From Candidatus Yonathbacteria bacterium RIFCSPHIGHO2_02_FULL_44_14 (GTDB lineage: Bacteria; Patescibacteriota; Minisyncoccia; Phycocordibacterales; UBA1550): a DNA stretch of 64,000 bases. The notes beneath the pieces were generated by a model, which was not told where the DNA came from, did not search any database, and worked only from the letters and a program-made list of their open reading frames with translations. Position 1 is the first letter of the stretch, and the number at the start of each line of letters is the position of its first letter. Position numbers and translations under genes: made by a program. Shown here piece by piece: positions 1 to 9,843 of the stretch. The stretch spans positions 9,864 through 73,863 of the forward strand of contig MHUT01000011.1 of assembly GCA_001823535.1 (NCBI GenBank), read 5' to 3'.

Positions 1-485
1 AATTTTTGAAGATCTTCAAGCGTGCGCGTCTTTTCGTCTTCGCTCATTCCGCCGTCCCGCTCGGTCTCGATGATGTCGTTCTTTGTTTGCTCACGAACAC
101 CCTTCAAGGTAACCCGCGCAGACTCTACTTTATCCCGCACGATTTTTGTAAATGCGACGCGACGCTCGGTGGTAAGTGGCGGGAAAAAGACGCGGAGACC
201 CGAATCGTCAGTTGAAACCGAGATACCCAAATTTGCGGTGTTGATCGCTTTTTCAATCTCTTTGCCGTTTGCCTTTTCCCATGGCACGATACGGAGCGTG
301 CGTGCATCCTCGCTGGCAATAGTTGCCACATGTTGCACCGCAAGCTGTGCGCCATAGGATTCGATAAAAATACCATCGAGGATTGAACTACTTGCGCGCC
401 CGGTATGTATAGCAGAAAGTTCCTTGCTCAAATGTTCTGCGATATCCCTCGACTTCTTTTTAAATTCTGAAAAATCATAAGTCAT
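1..485 (-). CDS. frr: Ribosome recycling factor (3' end runs off the window)
   Basis: Manual translation from ATG at 485: MTYDFSEFKKKSRDIAEHLSKELSAIHTGRASSSILDGIFIESYG...LRIVPWEK, typical RRF N-terminus; absent from the ORF track because it has no stop in the window. Confidence 0.93.
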   Translation of the reverse strand, partial: MTYDFSEFKKKSRDIAEHLSKELSAIHTGRASSSILDGIFIESYGAQLAVQHVATIASEDARTLRIVPWEKANGKEIEKAINTANLGISVSTDDSGLRVFFPPLTTERRVAFTKIVRDKVESARVTLKGVREQTKNDIIETERDGGMSEDEKTRTLEDLQK

Positions 486-528
486 ATGAAAAGTATTCTA
501 GCAAAATTATGCCCCGAATTCAACAAAG

Positions 529-558
529 AAACCTGAGTCGCTAAAAGGACTCAGGTTT
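529..558. terminator. Hairpin, probable intrinsic terminator
   Basis: aaacctgagtc-gctaaaag-gactcaggttt, downstream of 575..832(-). Confidence 0.6.
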
Positions 559-574
559 TGAAATTACCGTTTTT

Positions 575-832
575 TTATCTTGGAAGGTTAGACAGTGAAT
601 AAATTACCAACCAAGATCCGGCAACCCCCGTGAATATCGACAACTCTGTCACTTCTTCTTCGAGAAGCGACTCTATTATGGTCGCAAACCCAGAGATTGC
701 AACAATTGCCCATACTGCTGGACGGTGCGGGAAGGAATTTTTGAATATCGCAAAAAAAGCGGCACAAACCCCAACCCACATTAGAAACTTGCACATAACC
801 ACCACTGCCTTGATTCTCCTGTCTCTATTCAT
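575..832 (-). CDS. Small hypothetical membrane protein (about 3 TM segments)
   Basis: 85-aa hydrophobic ORF with SD-like AAGGGAG, its own consensus promoter and a terminator. Confidence 0.7.
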   Translation of the reverse strand: MNRDRRIKAVVVMCKFLMWVGVCAAFFAIFKNSFPHRPAVWAIVAISGFATIIESLLEEEVTELSIFTGVAGSWLVIYSLSNLPR

Positions 833-877
833 AACACACTCCCTTAAAAATGGTTGAATATCTAATTCACTTTTGAT

Positions 878-906
878 ATTATATCAACTAATACTAGTTT
901 TGTCAA
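878..906 (-). promoter_or_regulatory. sigma70 promoter
   Basis: Minus strand reads TTGACA-17 nt-TATAAT, a perfect consensus. Confidence 0.8.
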
Positions 907-908
907 TA

Positions 909-1634
909 CTATGGGATAATAATAGCAATGTGCTCCAAAAGCATTTTAGGGGATGCGCCACGATTCGCAAGATATGTTTTAGCCTGAAAGATCCCACGGA
1001 AAATATTGGCGCTGGCATCATCTCTTTTGCCGGCGGTGCGTGTGTAGAGGATACGCTCAATGTGGTCGAGGATGCGACGGAAAAGCTCACGGTCGACGGT
1101 CTCCCCTGCTTTTTTCTCTACCATTTTTTTCGCAATAGCAAAACGGCCCTCGAGATTGCCGTCGACAAATTTTTCCGCGAGCGCCCCTGTTTCCGAATCA
1201 GCAGATTCGCGTCTTGGACGAGAACTTAATAGTACTCCGCCAGAAACTACAAGTACGCGAGAAAGCAGTGTGGGCAAAAGCATTTCCGCGCGTGGAAGAA
1301 TAATAAAAAAATGCGTACCCGATGTTGGTTCTTCAAAAGTTTTCAAGAGCGCATTTTGTGCCTCATGCGTGAACGAGTCTGCTCCAATAACAAATAGTTT
1401 GCACGTGCCTCCGAAGGAGGCACGCGTCTGCGCACCTTTGAGTTCGCGGGCTTCATCAATACCAAGTGACGCAAAGTTTTTAACGGTAAGGTCTGGATTA
1501 CCGATTGTCTCTATGCCCATATGTCGCGCAAAAGACTCAACAAGAAGTGGCGCGACCTCTTCATGCGCACCCTCTATGACATGCGCATGATGGAGGTATC
1601 CGGTTTTTTTGTAGTGTTCGAAAATGTGGTCCAT
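909..1634 (-). CDS. holB: DNA polymerase III delta-prime-like clamp loader subunit (short form)
   Basis: HHAHVIEG, IDEARELK, AQNALLKTFEEP, LLPTLLSR motifs. Confidence 0.8.
   Translation of the reverse strand: MDHIFEHYKKTGYLHHAHVIEGAHEEVAPLLVESFARHMGIETIGNPDLTVKNFASLGIDEARELKGAQTRASFGGTCKLFVIGADSFTHEAQNALLKTFEEPTSGTHFFIILPRAEMLLPTLLSRVLVVSGGVLLSSRPRRESADSETGALAEKFVDGNLEGRFAIAKKMVEKKAGETVDRELFRRILDHIERILYTRTAGKRDDASANIFRGIFQAKTYLANRGASPKMLLEHIAIIIP
1194..1220 (-). repeat. 27-nt CAA double-hairpin motif, copy A (in frame in holB)
   Basis: CGTC-CAA-GACG CGAATC-TGCT-GATTCG = RPRRESADS. Confidence 0.75.
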
Positions 1635-1669
1635 GGCTGATTTAAACTTCCCGTCACTCGTTCGCTTGC

Positions 1670-2683
1670 CTACTTCTTTGCCAAAATACTCTTCTTGTAG
1701 GTATCAAGATGCTCAAGCGCGATGCCAGTACCCTTTACCACGCAGTAAAGCGCATCTTCGGCAAGCACCGCTTTGACCCCCGTGCGTCTCTCAACTAATT
1801 CCGGAAAATTGCGAAGCTGTGATGATCCGCCCGTCATAATAATTCCTTGATCGATAATATCCGCCGCAAGCTCGGGCGGAGTCTCTTGCAAAACTTCTTT
1901 GATTGCGCGAATAATTTCGCGAAGTTCTCGGTCAATCGCTTTCACAATCTCATTAGTGGTCACCTGCGCGGTGCGTGGCAAACCAGTAATATAATCACGG
2001 CCTTTTATCGTAAGTAAAAGTTCGTCTTCAATAGGCACCGCTGATCCAATTCGAACCTTAATCTCCTCCGCGGTGCGATCACCAATTGCCAGATTAAATG
2101 TTTTTTTAATATGGTCGGCGATTGCGTGGTCTATCTTGTTGCCAGCACATTTTACAGAAGTTGACGCAACGATCCCTCCGAGAGAAATTACCGCAACATC
2201 GGTCGTGCCACCACCGATATCAACCACCATGTGTCCGTGCGCTTCGTAGATAGGGATACCTGCGCCGATTGCTGCAAGAATCGGCTCTTTGACTACGTAC
2301 ACATTTTTTGCACCAGCCTTGATTGTCGCCTCGATAACCGCACGACGTTCTGTCGATGACACGCCAGCAGGCACCGAGACCATCACATCCGGCTTCAAGA
2401 TATTCCACCTGCCAAGAGCCTTGCTCATATAATAGCGTATCATTGCTTCTGTCACCCGATAGTCAGCAATGACACCATCTTTCATTGGGCGGTACGCAAT
2501 GATATTGTCAGGCGTGCGACCGATCATTTGCTTTGCCTCAACACCCACAGCCATAATGCGATTATCTTGCTGGTTCACGGCGACTACAGAAGGCTCATTA
2601 AGCACGATACCTTTGCCAGGAATATACACCAGCGTGTTCGCTGTGCCTAGGTCGATGCCGATTTTTGTTACAAATAGTCCCAT
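1670..2683 (-). CDS. mreB: Rod shape-determining actin-like protein MreB/Mbl
   Basis: IGIDLGTANT, VVDIGGGTTD, MTGGSSQL. Confidence 0.96.
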   Translation of the reverse strand: MGLFVTKIGIDLGTANTLVYIPGKGIVLNEPSVVAVNQQDNRIMAVGVEAKQMIGRTPDNIIAYRPMKDGVIADYRVTEAMIRYYMSKALGRWNILKPDVMVSVPAGVSSTERRAVIEATIKAGAKNVYVVKEPILAAIGAGIPIYEAHGHMVVDIGGGTTDVAVISLGGIVASTSVKCAGNKIDHAIADHIKKTFNLAIGDRTAEEIKVRIGSAVPIEDELLLTIKGRDYITGLPRTAQVTTNEIVKAIDRELREIIRAIKEVLQETPPELAADIIDQGIIMTGGSSQLRNFPELVERRTGVKAVLAEDALYCVVKGTGIALEHLDTYKKSILAKK

Positions 2684-2688
2684 AAAAA

Positions 2689-4005
2689 TTACGTAGTTTG
2701 CTCCATAGATGATACTTCCGGCAACACTTTTACTCGCTCTATTCCAACACCAATAGCGCGCAAACGGTTCTCTATGTCCTCATAGCCACGATCAATCGTA
2801 GTGTCCACATTATGTATGACGGACTCCCCTTTTGCAACTATTGCTGCAATAACGAAAGCAAGCCCCGCGCGAAGATCGGGACTCTCGAGTTTGCGACCGC
2901 GAAGCTCCGTCTTCCCGCGCACGAGCGCGCGATGCGGATCCATCATGGTAATGGACGCACCCATGGAGGACAAGGACTCGGCGTAGTTGAGGCGTCCTTC
3001 GAAAATAGTTTCAAACACAGTACTCTCGCCGTCTGCTTGAGTAAGGAGCACCGTCATTGGCGCTTGCAAATCTGTGGGGAAGCCAGGATACTCGTGCGTC
3101 TTAATATCAATCGGCATGATTTTGGATGGCGCACGCACAATAATTTCAGTTTTCTTTACTTCAATGGGAATGCCTGCGCTACGCAATGCCTCGATAGGTG
3201 ATTCTAGATGGGCAGGCTCGCAATTTGTAATATGAAGCTCGCGTGCGGCAAGCGCACCTAAAATAAGGAAGCTACCAGCCTCGATGCGATCGGGCATCGT
3301 TTTATACACGCGCCCCTTGCCTGTTAAAAGTTTCCCTCCTTTGATCGTGATTGTTGGCGTACCCGCACCCGAAATATTTGCGCCACATTCATTTAAAAAA
3401 CCTGCAAGATGGGCTATCTCCGGCTCCATTGCGGCATTTTTAATAGTTGTTATGCCTCTAGCAAGGACGCCTGCCATCATAAATGTTTCAGTAACTGTCA
3501 CACTTTGATTTTTAAGAAAAAACTTTGCGCCATTTAACCCGCCTTTCGCTTCAACAATATACGAGCCATCCTTGATATATACCCTTGCGCCCATCTTCTC
3601 AAAACCATCAACAAAAAGATCAAGTGGGCGCGCTCCAATAACACAACCACCCGGATGAGGAAAAGATACTTTCCCATACCGCGCAAGCACCGGACCAGTG
3701 AGTACAATCGATGCGCGCATTCGCCTCGCTATCCCTGGAGAAAGTTCTGTGGCAAAATCAGGGTGGAGAGAAACAGCGTAGGTGCCATGCTTCGTTTTCG
3801 AAACTTCTGCTCCCATGTCCTTCAATAAATCAAACATGCGAAGCGTGTCATTGATTTCTGGAATGTTAGTAAAAGTGACGGTGTCGCGGAAAAGTACGGC
3901 CGCAGCGATTGCTTTGAGCGCGGCGTTCTTTGCGCCGGTCACTTTCACGACACCGTGAAGTTTCCGCTGTCCTCCGAAACCATTAATAACAAATGTGTTG
4001 CTCAT
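2689..4005 (-). CDS. murA: UDP-N-acetylglucosamine 1-carboxyvinyltransferase
   Basis: GAKNAAL, RMRASI, PGGCVIGARP, YPGFPTDLQ, DLRAG. Confidence 0.96.
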   Translation of the reverse strand: MSNTFVINGFGGQRKLHGVVKVTGAKNAALKAIAAAVLFRDTVTFTNIPEINDTLRMFDLLKDMGAEVSKTKHGTYAVSLHPDFATELSPGIARRMRASIVLTGPVLARYGKVSFPHPGGCVIGARPLDLFVDGFEKMGARVYIKDGSYIVEAKGGLNGAKFFLKNQSVTVTETFMMAGVLARGITTIKNAAMEPEIAHLAGFLNECGANISGAGTPTITIKGGKLLTGKGRVYKTMPDRIEAGSFLILGALAARELHITNCEPAHLESPIEALRSAGIPIEVKKTEIIVRAPSKIMPIDIKTHEYPGFPTDLQAPMTVLLTQADGESTVFETIFEGRLNYAESLSSMGASITMMDPHRALVRGKTELRGRKLESPDLRAGLAFVIAAIVAKGESVIHNVDTTIDRGYEDIENRLRAIGVGIERVKVLPEVSSMEQTT

Positions 4006-4045
4006 AGATTGATGTAAAAGATCATCTTACTACGTTAACTGCCTT

Positions 4046-4074
4046 TTGACCAAACAAGTGTCATGTGATATAAC
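4046..4074 (+). promoter_or_regulatory. sigma70 promoter
   Basis: TTGACC-17 nt-TATAAC upstream of 4106 ORF. Confidence 0.6.
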
Positions 4075-4105
4075 GCTAAGAGTTAATTAACGAGGAGAAA
4101 AAATC

Positions 4106-4504
4106 ATGGGTACGCCTGTTTGCTTCAAAAGTGTTGCACTTGGTGTCCTCTTTTTCATAACGATACTTGTTCTTTCTCAGGAAACATACAGAGGTACAGA
4201 GGATACTTCTCCTAGCCTTGCTTTCTCCATCTCAAAACACTACAGCACTACAGAAAAAAAGAAAATTGAAGAAAAGCGGTGTACAGATTTTGGAAAGGAT
4301 GTAATTGCAAAACTAAAAGCAAGCGAGACAACTCGTGACGCATTCTTTGTTGAAATATCTGAATTTTTATCTGAAGAATTTTCGTTGGAAATCTTCGACA
4401 TAGTAATCAATGACGAGGACCAGGTTTGTATTCATTACATGCGCCACCTAGAACCAAAGCACCCAAAACCAAATGAAAAAACCTCAGTAACCCGTCTCGT
4501 GTAG
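4106..4504 (+). CDS. Hypothetical protein with N-terminal membrane anchor/signal
   Basis: 132-aa ORF, GAGGAG SD, promoter and terminator. Confidence 0.7.
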   Translation: MGTPVCFKSVALGVLFFITILVLSQETYRGTEDTSPSLAFSISKHYSTTEKKKIEEKRCTDFGKDVIAKLKASETTRDAFFVEISEFLSEEFSLEIFDIVINDEDQVCIHYMRHLEPKHPKPNEKTSVTRLV

Positions 4505-4514
4505 GCGGGTTTTT
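4489..4514 (+). terminator. Intrinsic terminator
   Basis: aacccgtct-cgtgt-aggcgggtt followed by T-run. Confidence 0.6.
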
Positions 4515-4547
4515 GTTTTATGTTTTTTCCGATACTATATAGATGAT

Positions 4548-6470
4548 ATGCAGATTATTACCGTTGCCCCTATCGTGCGTGGCGCCCTTCAGGGCGCACT
4601 CACTTATTTTTCAAAAGACCCGATTGCTGTTGGCATGGTGGTCGTCGTGCCGGTGCGCACACGTGAAGTGCCTGCTATTGTGCTTCTATCCGAGGATGCG
4701 TCTGGCTCAAAAAGCGCCCTGAAGTCCTCAGACTTTGCAATACGAAAAATCACCCGCACGAAACCCCGGCGTATTTGGTCGCCGGCATTTTTAAAATCGG
4801 CAGAAGAAACCGCAAACTTCTCTGCGCAAAAACTCGGAGAAACACTCCTTGCTCTCACCCCCAAGACAATACTCGACGCGCACCTTGAAGGCATGCTTGA
4901 TGAACCAAAAATCGTCGAAACTGGAGGATATTTTGAAGTTCTCGCTATCCAAGGAAGCACAGAGATACGGCTCGAAGCATATCAGCGCCTTGTCCGTGAA
5001 TCATTTGTGCGGCATGAATCAGTATTTGTATGCGTTCCCACAGAGGATGATGTCGTGCATGTGTCTCATGTACTTGGGCGAGGCATCGAGAATTACACGT
5101 TTGCGCTTCACAGCAGTACTGCAAAAAAACTCGTTCTTGAAACATGGAAAAATGCGTTGGCAGATGAGCATGCGATTCTTGTTGTCGGTACGGCTAAGTA
5201 CATTGGACTTCCGCGCTATTTCAAAACTATTGTTCTCGACGAAGAACACTCGCACGCGTGGAAAACGTTCTCACGACCGCACATCGACTTGCGAATGTTT
5301 GTTGAAAATTACGCGCGCGCATCCGGAAGCACACTTATTATTGGCGCACCGATACTGCGTGCGGAAACGCATGAACGTATCGCGAGGGGCAATATTTCAG
5401 AGTTTGACCGCATCGCCACTCGTGCGCGCGAAGAAACAAAAACTGTTTTGATTGATCCGCGGCGTGAAGAAAAATCCATACGAGAGAACACGGGAAAGAG
5501 AAACATGGTGCTTGTAAGCAAGGATCTTCGCAAGCTTTTAGAAGACGCGAGCGAGCGAGGCGAGCGAGTACTCCTATTGTCTGCGCGGAAAGGACTTGCT
5601 CCGGTGACCACTTGTGGCGACTGCGGGGCACTCGTACGTTGCCCCGAATGTGATACACCGCTCGTTATTCACAAAAAAGAAACAAAAAATAGCGACACCC
5701 AGGTGTTTATCTGTCACGGATGCGGATTCACGCGCGTACCTGAAAACAATGTTCATGAAACATGTCCAAACTGCGGCGGGTGGAAACTGCAGGGCGTTGG
5801 TGTCGGCATCGATCTTATCGACAATGAAATTGCAGCGCTTTCCCCGAAAACGAAGCGTTTTATTTTGGACGGCGACAGAGCTAAAACTCGCGCACAGGCA
5901 AAAAAGATTGTTGCACAATTTGAAAAATCAGAGAGTAGCATCCTTATTGCAACCCCGATGGCAATCCCATTACTAACCGCCGTTGAAAATACAGCAATCA
6001 TTTCCATAGACTCGCTGTTTGCCATTCCTGACATTCGTATGTCTGAGCGCATATTTGCACTCATACTTCTGCTTCGTGAAAAAACCACAGGAACACTTCT
6101 CATTCAAACTCGCGCGGATGATACTATTATTTTTAAACAAGCACTTTCGGGTAAACTTTTCCAGTTTGCAGAAAACGAACTGGCGACTAGAAAAGCATTT
6201 TCGTATCCACCCTATGGCACTATTATAAAAATCACACTTCGTGGCAAACGTGCTGAAGTGCTGTCTGAGATGGAGCGGTTAAAGGTCTTTTTGGTAAATT
6301 ACGCACCAATAGTGCTTGGAACAATGGCTCGCGAACCAAAAAATATTTTCCGCATGCATATGATCCTGAAGCTCGCAAAAAATAACTGGCCCAATAGCGA
6401 CCTCCTTGCAAAACTTCGCGCATTGCCGATGCAATTCACTGTGGAAGTAAACCCTAATAATTTAATTTAA
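4548..6470 (+). CDS. priA: Primosomal protein N' (PriA), degenerate helicase motifs
   Basis: N-terminal 3'-DNA-binding domain (LTYF...VVVPVR), DEEH, Cys-rich CGDC/CPEC/CHGC/CPNC, FSYPPY. Confidence 0.9.
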   Translation: MQIITVAPIVRGALQGALTYFSKDPIAVGMVVVVPVRTREVPAIVLLSEDASGSKSALKSSDFAIRKITRTKPRRIWSPAFLKSAEETANFSAQKLGETLLALTPKTILDAHLEGMLDEPKIVETGGYFEVLAIQGSTEIRLEAYQRLVRESFVRHESVFVCVPTEDDVVHVSHVLGRGIENYTFALHSSTAKKLVLETWKNALADEHAILVVGTAKYIGLPRYFKTIVLDEEHSHAWKTFSRPHIDLRMFVENYARASGSTLIIGAPILRAETHERIARGNISEFDRIATRAREETKTVLIDPRREEKSIRENTGKRNMVLVSKDLRKLLEDASERGERVLLLSARKGLAPVTTCGDCGALVRCPECDTPLVIHKKETKNSDTQVFICHGCGFTRVPENNVHETCPNCGGWKLQGVGVGIDLIDNEIAALSPKTKRFILDGDRAKTRAQAKKIVAQFEKSESSILIATPMAIPLLTAVENTAIISIDSLFAIPDIRMSERIFALILLLREKTTGTLLIQTRADDTIIFKQALSGKLFQFAENELATRKAFSYPPYGTIIKITLRGKRAEVLSEMERLKVFLVNYAPIVLGTMAREPKNIFRMHMILKLAKNNWPNSDLLAKLRALPMQFTVEVNPNNLI

Positions 6471-6506
6471 AAAATGAGGAAAGTAAGGTATACTAACGAA
6501 AATAAT

Positions 6507-7094
6507 ATGGTCACGATTGTACAAAAAGAAGATCCAGTACTCAGGGAAAAAGCTGAACCAGTGAACCCAAAAGATTTTGGTTCGCCTGCGCTTAAAAAAA
6601 TTCTTAGCGATATGGCAAACGCTATGGAAAAAGAAGAAGACGGCGTCGCGATTGCAGCACCGCAAATCGGCGTTCCACTCCGTATTTTTGTAGTGTCCCA
6701 TCGCGCTTTTGAATACATCGACGAAAATGATACGCATACTCAGGACGACCTTCACAATGTGCACGTTCCCGAACACAAAAAAACTAAGCGTGCAAATATG
6801 GTTTTCATAAACCCTGTCATCACCAAACTCTCGCGAAAAAAAGTATGGATGCCTGAGGGATGTCTTTCGGTACGTTGGCTTTACGGCGAAGTATCTCGCG
6901 CCGAAAAAGCAACGGTGCGCGCCTACGACGAAAATGGAAAAGTGTTCACATGGGGCGGAAGCGGGCTATTGGCGCAGATTTTTCAACACGAAACCGATCA
7001 CCTGGACGGCGCGCTCTTTATTGACACTGCGCGAAACATCGAAAAAATAACAGCTGAGGAACAGAAGTTGCGACAGGAAAAAGAAACAAATTAA
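6507..7094 (+). CDS. def: Peptide deformylase (alternative start 6474)
   Basis: GVAIAAPQIG, EGCLS, QHETDHLDG. Confidence 0.95.
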   Translation: MVTIVQKEDPVLREKAEPVNPKDFGSPALKKILSDMANAMEKEEDGVAIAAPQIGVPLRIFVVSHRAFEYIDENDTHTQDDLHNVHVPEHKKTKRANMVFINPVITKLSRKKVWMPEGCLSVRWLYGEVSRAEKATVRAYDENGKVFTWGGSGLLAQIFQHETDHLDGALFIDTARNIEKITAEEQKLRQEKETN

Positions 7095-7096
7095 CT

Positions 7097-7966
7097 ATGA
7101 CTGATCTTCGAATCGCATTCTGGGGCACCTCGCGCATTTCTGTCATCGTTCTTGATGAAATGGTGAAAGAAGGGATGCTCCCCTCTCTTGTTGTTACCGC
7201 ACCACCAAGACAAAAGGGTCGCGGACTTGAAGTGACACCGAGTACGGTTAAAGTTTGGGCAGACGCGCACTATATCCCCGCCCTCGAACCGGAAGAAATA
7301 AAATCAGAAGAATTTCTAAAATCATTGGGGGCGGATTGGGATCTTTTCATTATCGCCTCGTATGGAAAAATTATTCCGCGATCAGTCCTCAAACTCCCCA
7401 AGCACGGCACGCTCAATGTGCATCCGTCGCTTTTGCCAAAGCTCCGTGGTGCTTCCCCTATCCAATCAGCAATATTAGAAGATGCTTCTGTCGGCGAACC
7501 ACACGATACAGGAGTAACAATAATGCTCATTGATGAAGAGGTTGATCACGGGGACATTGTTGCGCAAAAAGCAATTTCAATATCCAATTGGCCGCAAAAA
7601 GGGCGTGAGCTTGAGGAAACACTTGGAGAGCTTGGTGGAAAACTTTTGGTAAAAACTATTCCACTCTGGGTGTCAGGATCTATTATTCCAAAAGAGCAAG
7701 ATCACAACAAAGCAACTTTTACAAAAAAAATGACGAGTGGCAGCGGGCAGATATATCTCGATGACGACCCCGTGCGGATGTATCGCAAAATTTGCGCGTT
7801 CGACACTTGGCCCCGCGCATATTTCATGACCACAAGAAACGGGCAAGAAACACGCGTTGTCGTAACCAAAGCGCACTTTGCAGACGGAGTGCTCGTTCTC
7901 GACCGCGTCATTCCTGAAGGCAAAAAAGAGATGGCGTACGAGGATTTTTTAAGGGGGCGGAAATAA
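7097..7966 (+). CDS. fmt: Methionyl-tRNA formyltransferase
   Basis: ASYGKII, NVHPSLLPKLRGASPIQ; follows def. Confidence 0.95.
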   Translation: MTDLRIAFWGTSRISVIVLDEMVKEGMLPSLVVTAPPRQKGRGLEVTPSTVKVWADAHYIPALEPEEIKSEEFLKSLGADWDLFIIASYGKIIPRSVLKLPKHGTLNVHPSLLPKLRGASPIQSAILEDASVGEPHDTGVTIMLIDEEVDHGDIVAQKAISISNWPQKGRELEETLGELGGKLLVKTIPLWVSGSIIPKEQDHNKATFTKKMTSGSGQIYLDDDPVRMYRKICAFDTWPRAYFMTTRNGQETRVVVTKAHFADGVLVLDRVIPEGKKEMAYEDFLRGRK

Positions 7967-8149
7967 ACGCTGACACATGCGGTCTGGACTCTAAATTAGG
8001 TGAAAATGAAAAAACGGCATGAAGTTATCATGCCGCTGAAGTGCGGGAGGAGAGGTTCTTGTTCTCCGCTTGCTGTGCTTTCACCCAGGAGCCAGAATTA
8101 CCCTTTTAGGAAGTCACGGGACTTCACCTTACCGCGTAGTACTACTTTA

Positions 8150-8377
8150 TTATTTACTGAGATCAAAAAGCACCTTTTCGAAAGCTGGACTCAGAATCTG
8201 TACGGCAAACTGCATTGCCTTTTCTGAAGGGATACCCAATTCTTTCGCAGTGTTGCCAATTTCTCTACGAATCTTTTCGGGGTTCATTGGAACTGAATCA
8301 TTCATCAACCTCCGCTGAACATACTTAAGAGCGATTTCACCCATTTCTGTCTCAGTAAGAACTATTCTGACAGCCAT
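8150..8377 (-). CDS. Small hypothetical protein
   Basis: ATG at 8377 with AAGGAG SD; TATAAT box at 8425-8430. Confidence 0.6.
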   Translation of the reverse strand: MAVRIVLTETEMGEIALKYVQRRLMNDSVPMNPEKIRREIGNTAKELGIPSEKAMQFAVQILSPAFEKVLFDLSK

Positions 8378-8455
8378 TTTGATTCTCCTTTTGTACATGT
8401 AAGCCACTATTGACTTACATGGGAATTATACACATTTTAACGAAAGGTCAATAGC

Positions 8456-8484
8456 AAAATCCCGCCTAAACAGCGGGATTTTTT
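8456..8484. terminator. Intrinsic terminator of the cyclophilin gene
   Basis: aaaatcccgc-ctaaaca-gcgggatttt. Confidence 0.65.
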
Positions 8485-8506
8485 GTGTGATTTGATAAAG
8501 AAGCGA

Positions 8507-9154
8507 TTATTTCACCTCAATCTTCTCAATGATCATATCCTCAACTGGACGATCGTTCTGTCCAGTCTTTGTATTCTCGATTGCGGTCACGACATCCATT
8601 TCTGCGACAACCTTTCCAAATACCGTGTGCTTGGTATCAAGAAAGTTATTGTTTGCGGTGTTTATGAAAAACTGGCTGCCATTTGTGTTGGGACCAGAGT
8701 TTGCCATCGAGATTGTGCCAATCACATTTTTATTTTCGTTAGAAAGCTCATCCTCAAACTGATACCCTGGGCCACCAGTCCCCCATGCATTCATCTTGCT
8801 AGTATCCTTTGAAAGTGGATCACCTCCTTGAATCATAAATCCTTTGATTACGCGGTGGAAACGTGTGCCATTATAAAATCCCTCCTTTGCAAGCTTGGTA
8901 AAATTTTCTACAGTCTTTGGTTTTAGATCGCCAAAAAGCTCCAAAGTGATTGCGCCTTTATTGGTTGTCATTGTTACGATAGTCATAGTTTTTGTTGAAT
9001 TAGTATCTGGTGTTTCTTCTGTTTTTACTTCTGCGCTGATCTTTGATTCTGTTCCAACGGGGGCATTGGGAACCTTTTTTGTTCCGCCTACCCACACAAT
9101 AAAAAAAACGAACGCAATTGCAAGAACAGCTAAAATAATATTTCGTGTACTCAT
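8507..9154 (-). CDS. Cyclophilin-type peptidyl-prolyl isomerase, membrane anchored
   Basis: FHRVIKGFMIQGGDP, SMANSGPNTNGSQFFI, HTVFGKV; N-terminal TM. Confidence 0.95.
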   Translation of the reverse strand: MSTRNIILAVLAIAFVFFIVWVGGTKKVPNAPVGTESKISAEVKTEETPDTNSTKTMTIVTMTTNKGAITLELFGDLKPKTVENFTKLAKEGFYNGTRFHRVIKGFMIQGGDPLSKDTSKMNAWGTGGPGYQFEDELSNENKNVIGTISMANSGPNTNGSQFFINTANNNFLDTKHTVFGKVVAEMDVVTAIENTKTGQNDRPVEDMIIEKIEVK

Positions 9155-9174
9155 GATATGTTTTAAAAAACAAA

Positions 9175-9546
9175 TTACTTTTCGCGACCAAAGCGAAGCA
9201 TATTTTTAATCATTCCTGCACCGCGGCGCACAAGGGTCCGTGTTTTATCTTTGTGTGAGGAAAGTTCGCGCACAAGCTCGTTTCGCATATCGTCAACTGC
9301 CGCATAAAGGTCATCCTTTTCTGATGTCGCACGAAAATGTTTCCCTCGCACGCGCAAGTTTACCTCGGCACGGAACACATCTCCCGACTGATGATGATTG
9401 GTTGTTTTACCTATTTCAACTTCTGCGATTGGATCCTCGCTTTCGTGTGGCAAAGCGAATTTTTCTACACTTCGAATTTTCTCCTGAACATAGGACTCAA
9501 TGGCGCTGGTAAGCTCAATATTTGTTGTTGTAATTTTGATCTTCAT
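9175..9546 (-). CDS. hpf: Ribosome hibernation promoting factor (RaiA/HPF)
   Basis: IELTSAIESYVQEKI, DLYAAVD. Confidence 0.9.
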   Translation of the reverse strand: MKIKITTTNIELTSAIESYVQEKIRSVEKFALPHESEDPIAEVEIGKTTNHHQSGDVFRAEVNLRVRGKHFRATSEKDDLYAAVDDMRNELVRELSSHKDKTRTLVRRGAGMIKNMLRFGREK

Positions 9547-9610
9547 AAGAACAGTATATCACCTGAAAATAAACTATGCTAGACATAAAATCATCGTGAT
9601 TATTTTATGT

Positions 9611-9832
9611 CTAGTCGGGAATTGACAGTATTTTCCCCGGAGAATGATGCCCCGAAATGATGCGTATCTGCTTTGACGCCATACCGAAATGCCTAGCAAT
9701 GATTTCTAGCACTCTAGTATTCGCTCGATTCCCCTCTGCAGGCTCTTTTACTGATAATAAAAAAGAATCTTCCGAGCCTGCCTCGAACGATTCCTTTCTA
9801 GCTCCTGCTATCACACGCACACGAATATACAT
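9611..9832 (-). CDS. DUF167 (YggU-like) protein
   Basis: VKEPAEGNRAN, IISGHHSPGK. Confidence 0.85.
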   Translation of the reverse strand: MYIRVRVIAGARKESFEAGSEDSFLLSVKEPAEGNRANTRVLEIIARHFGMASKQIRIISGHHSPGKILSIPD

Positions 9833-9843
9833 ACTTATCTGGA

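Noticed and set aside
4604-6423. Numerous overlapping alternative-frame and antisense ORFs (here and throughout)
   Set aside because: They lie within well-supported genes and have no recognisable motifs
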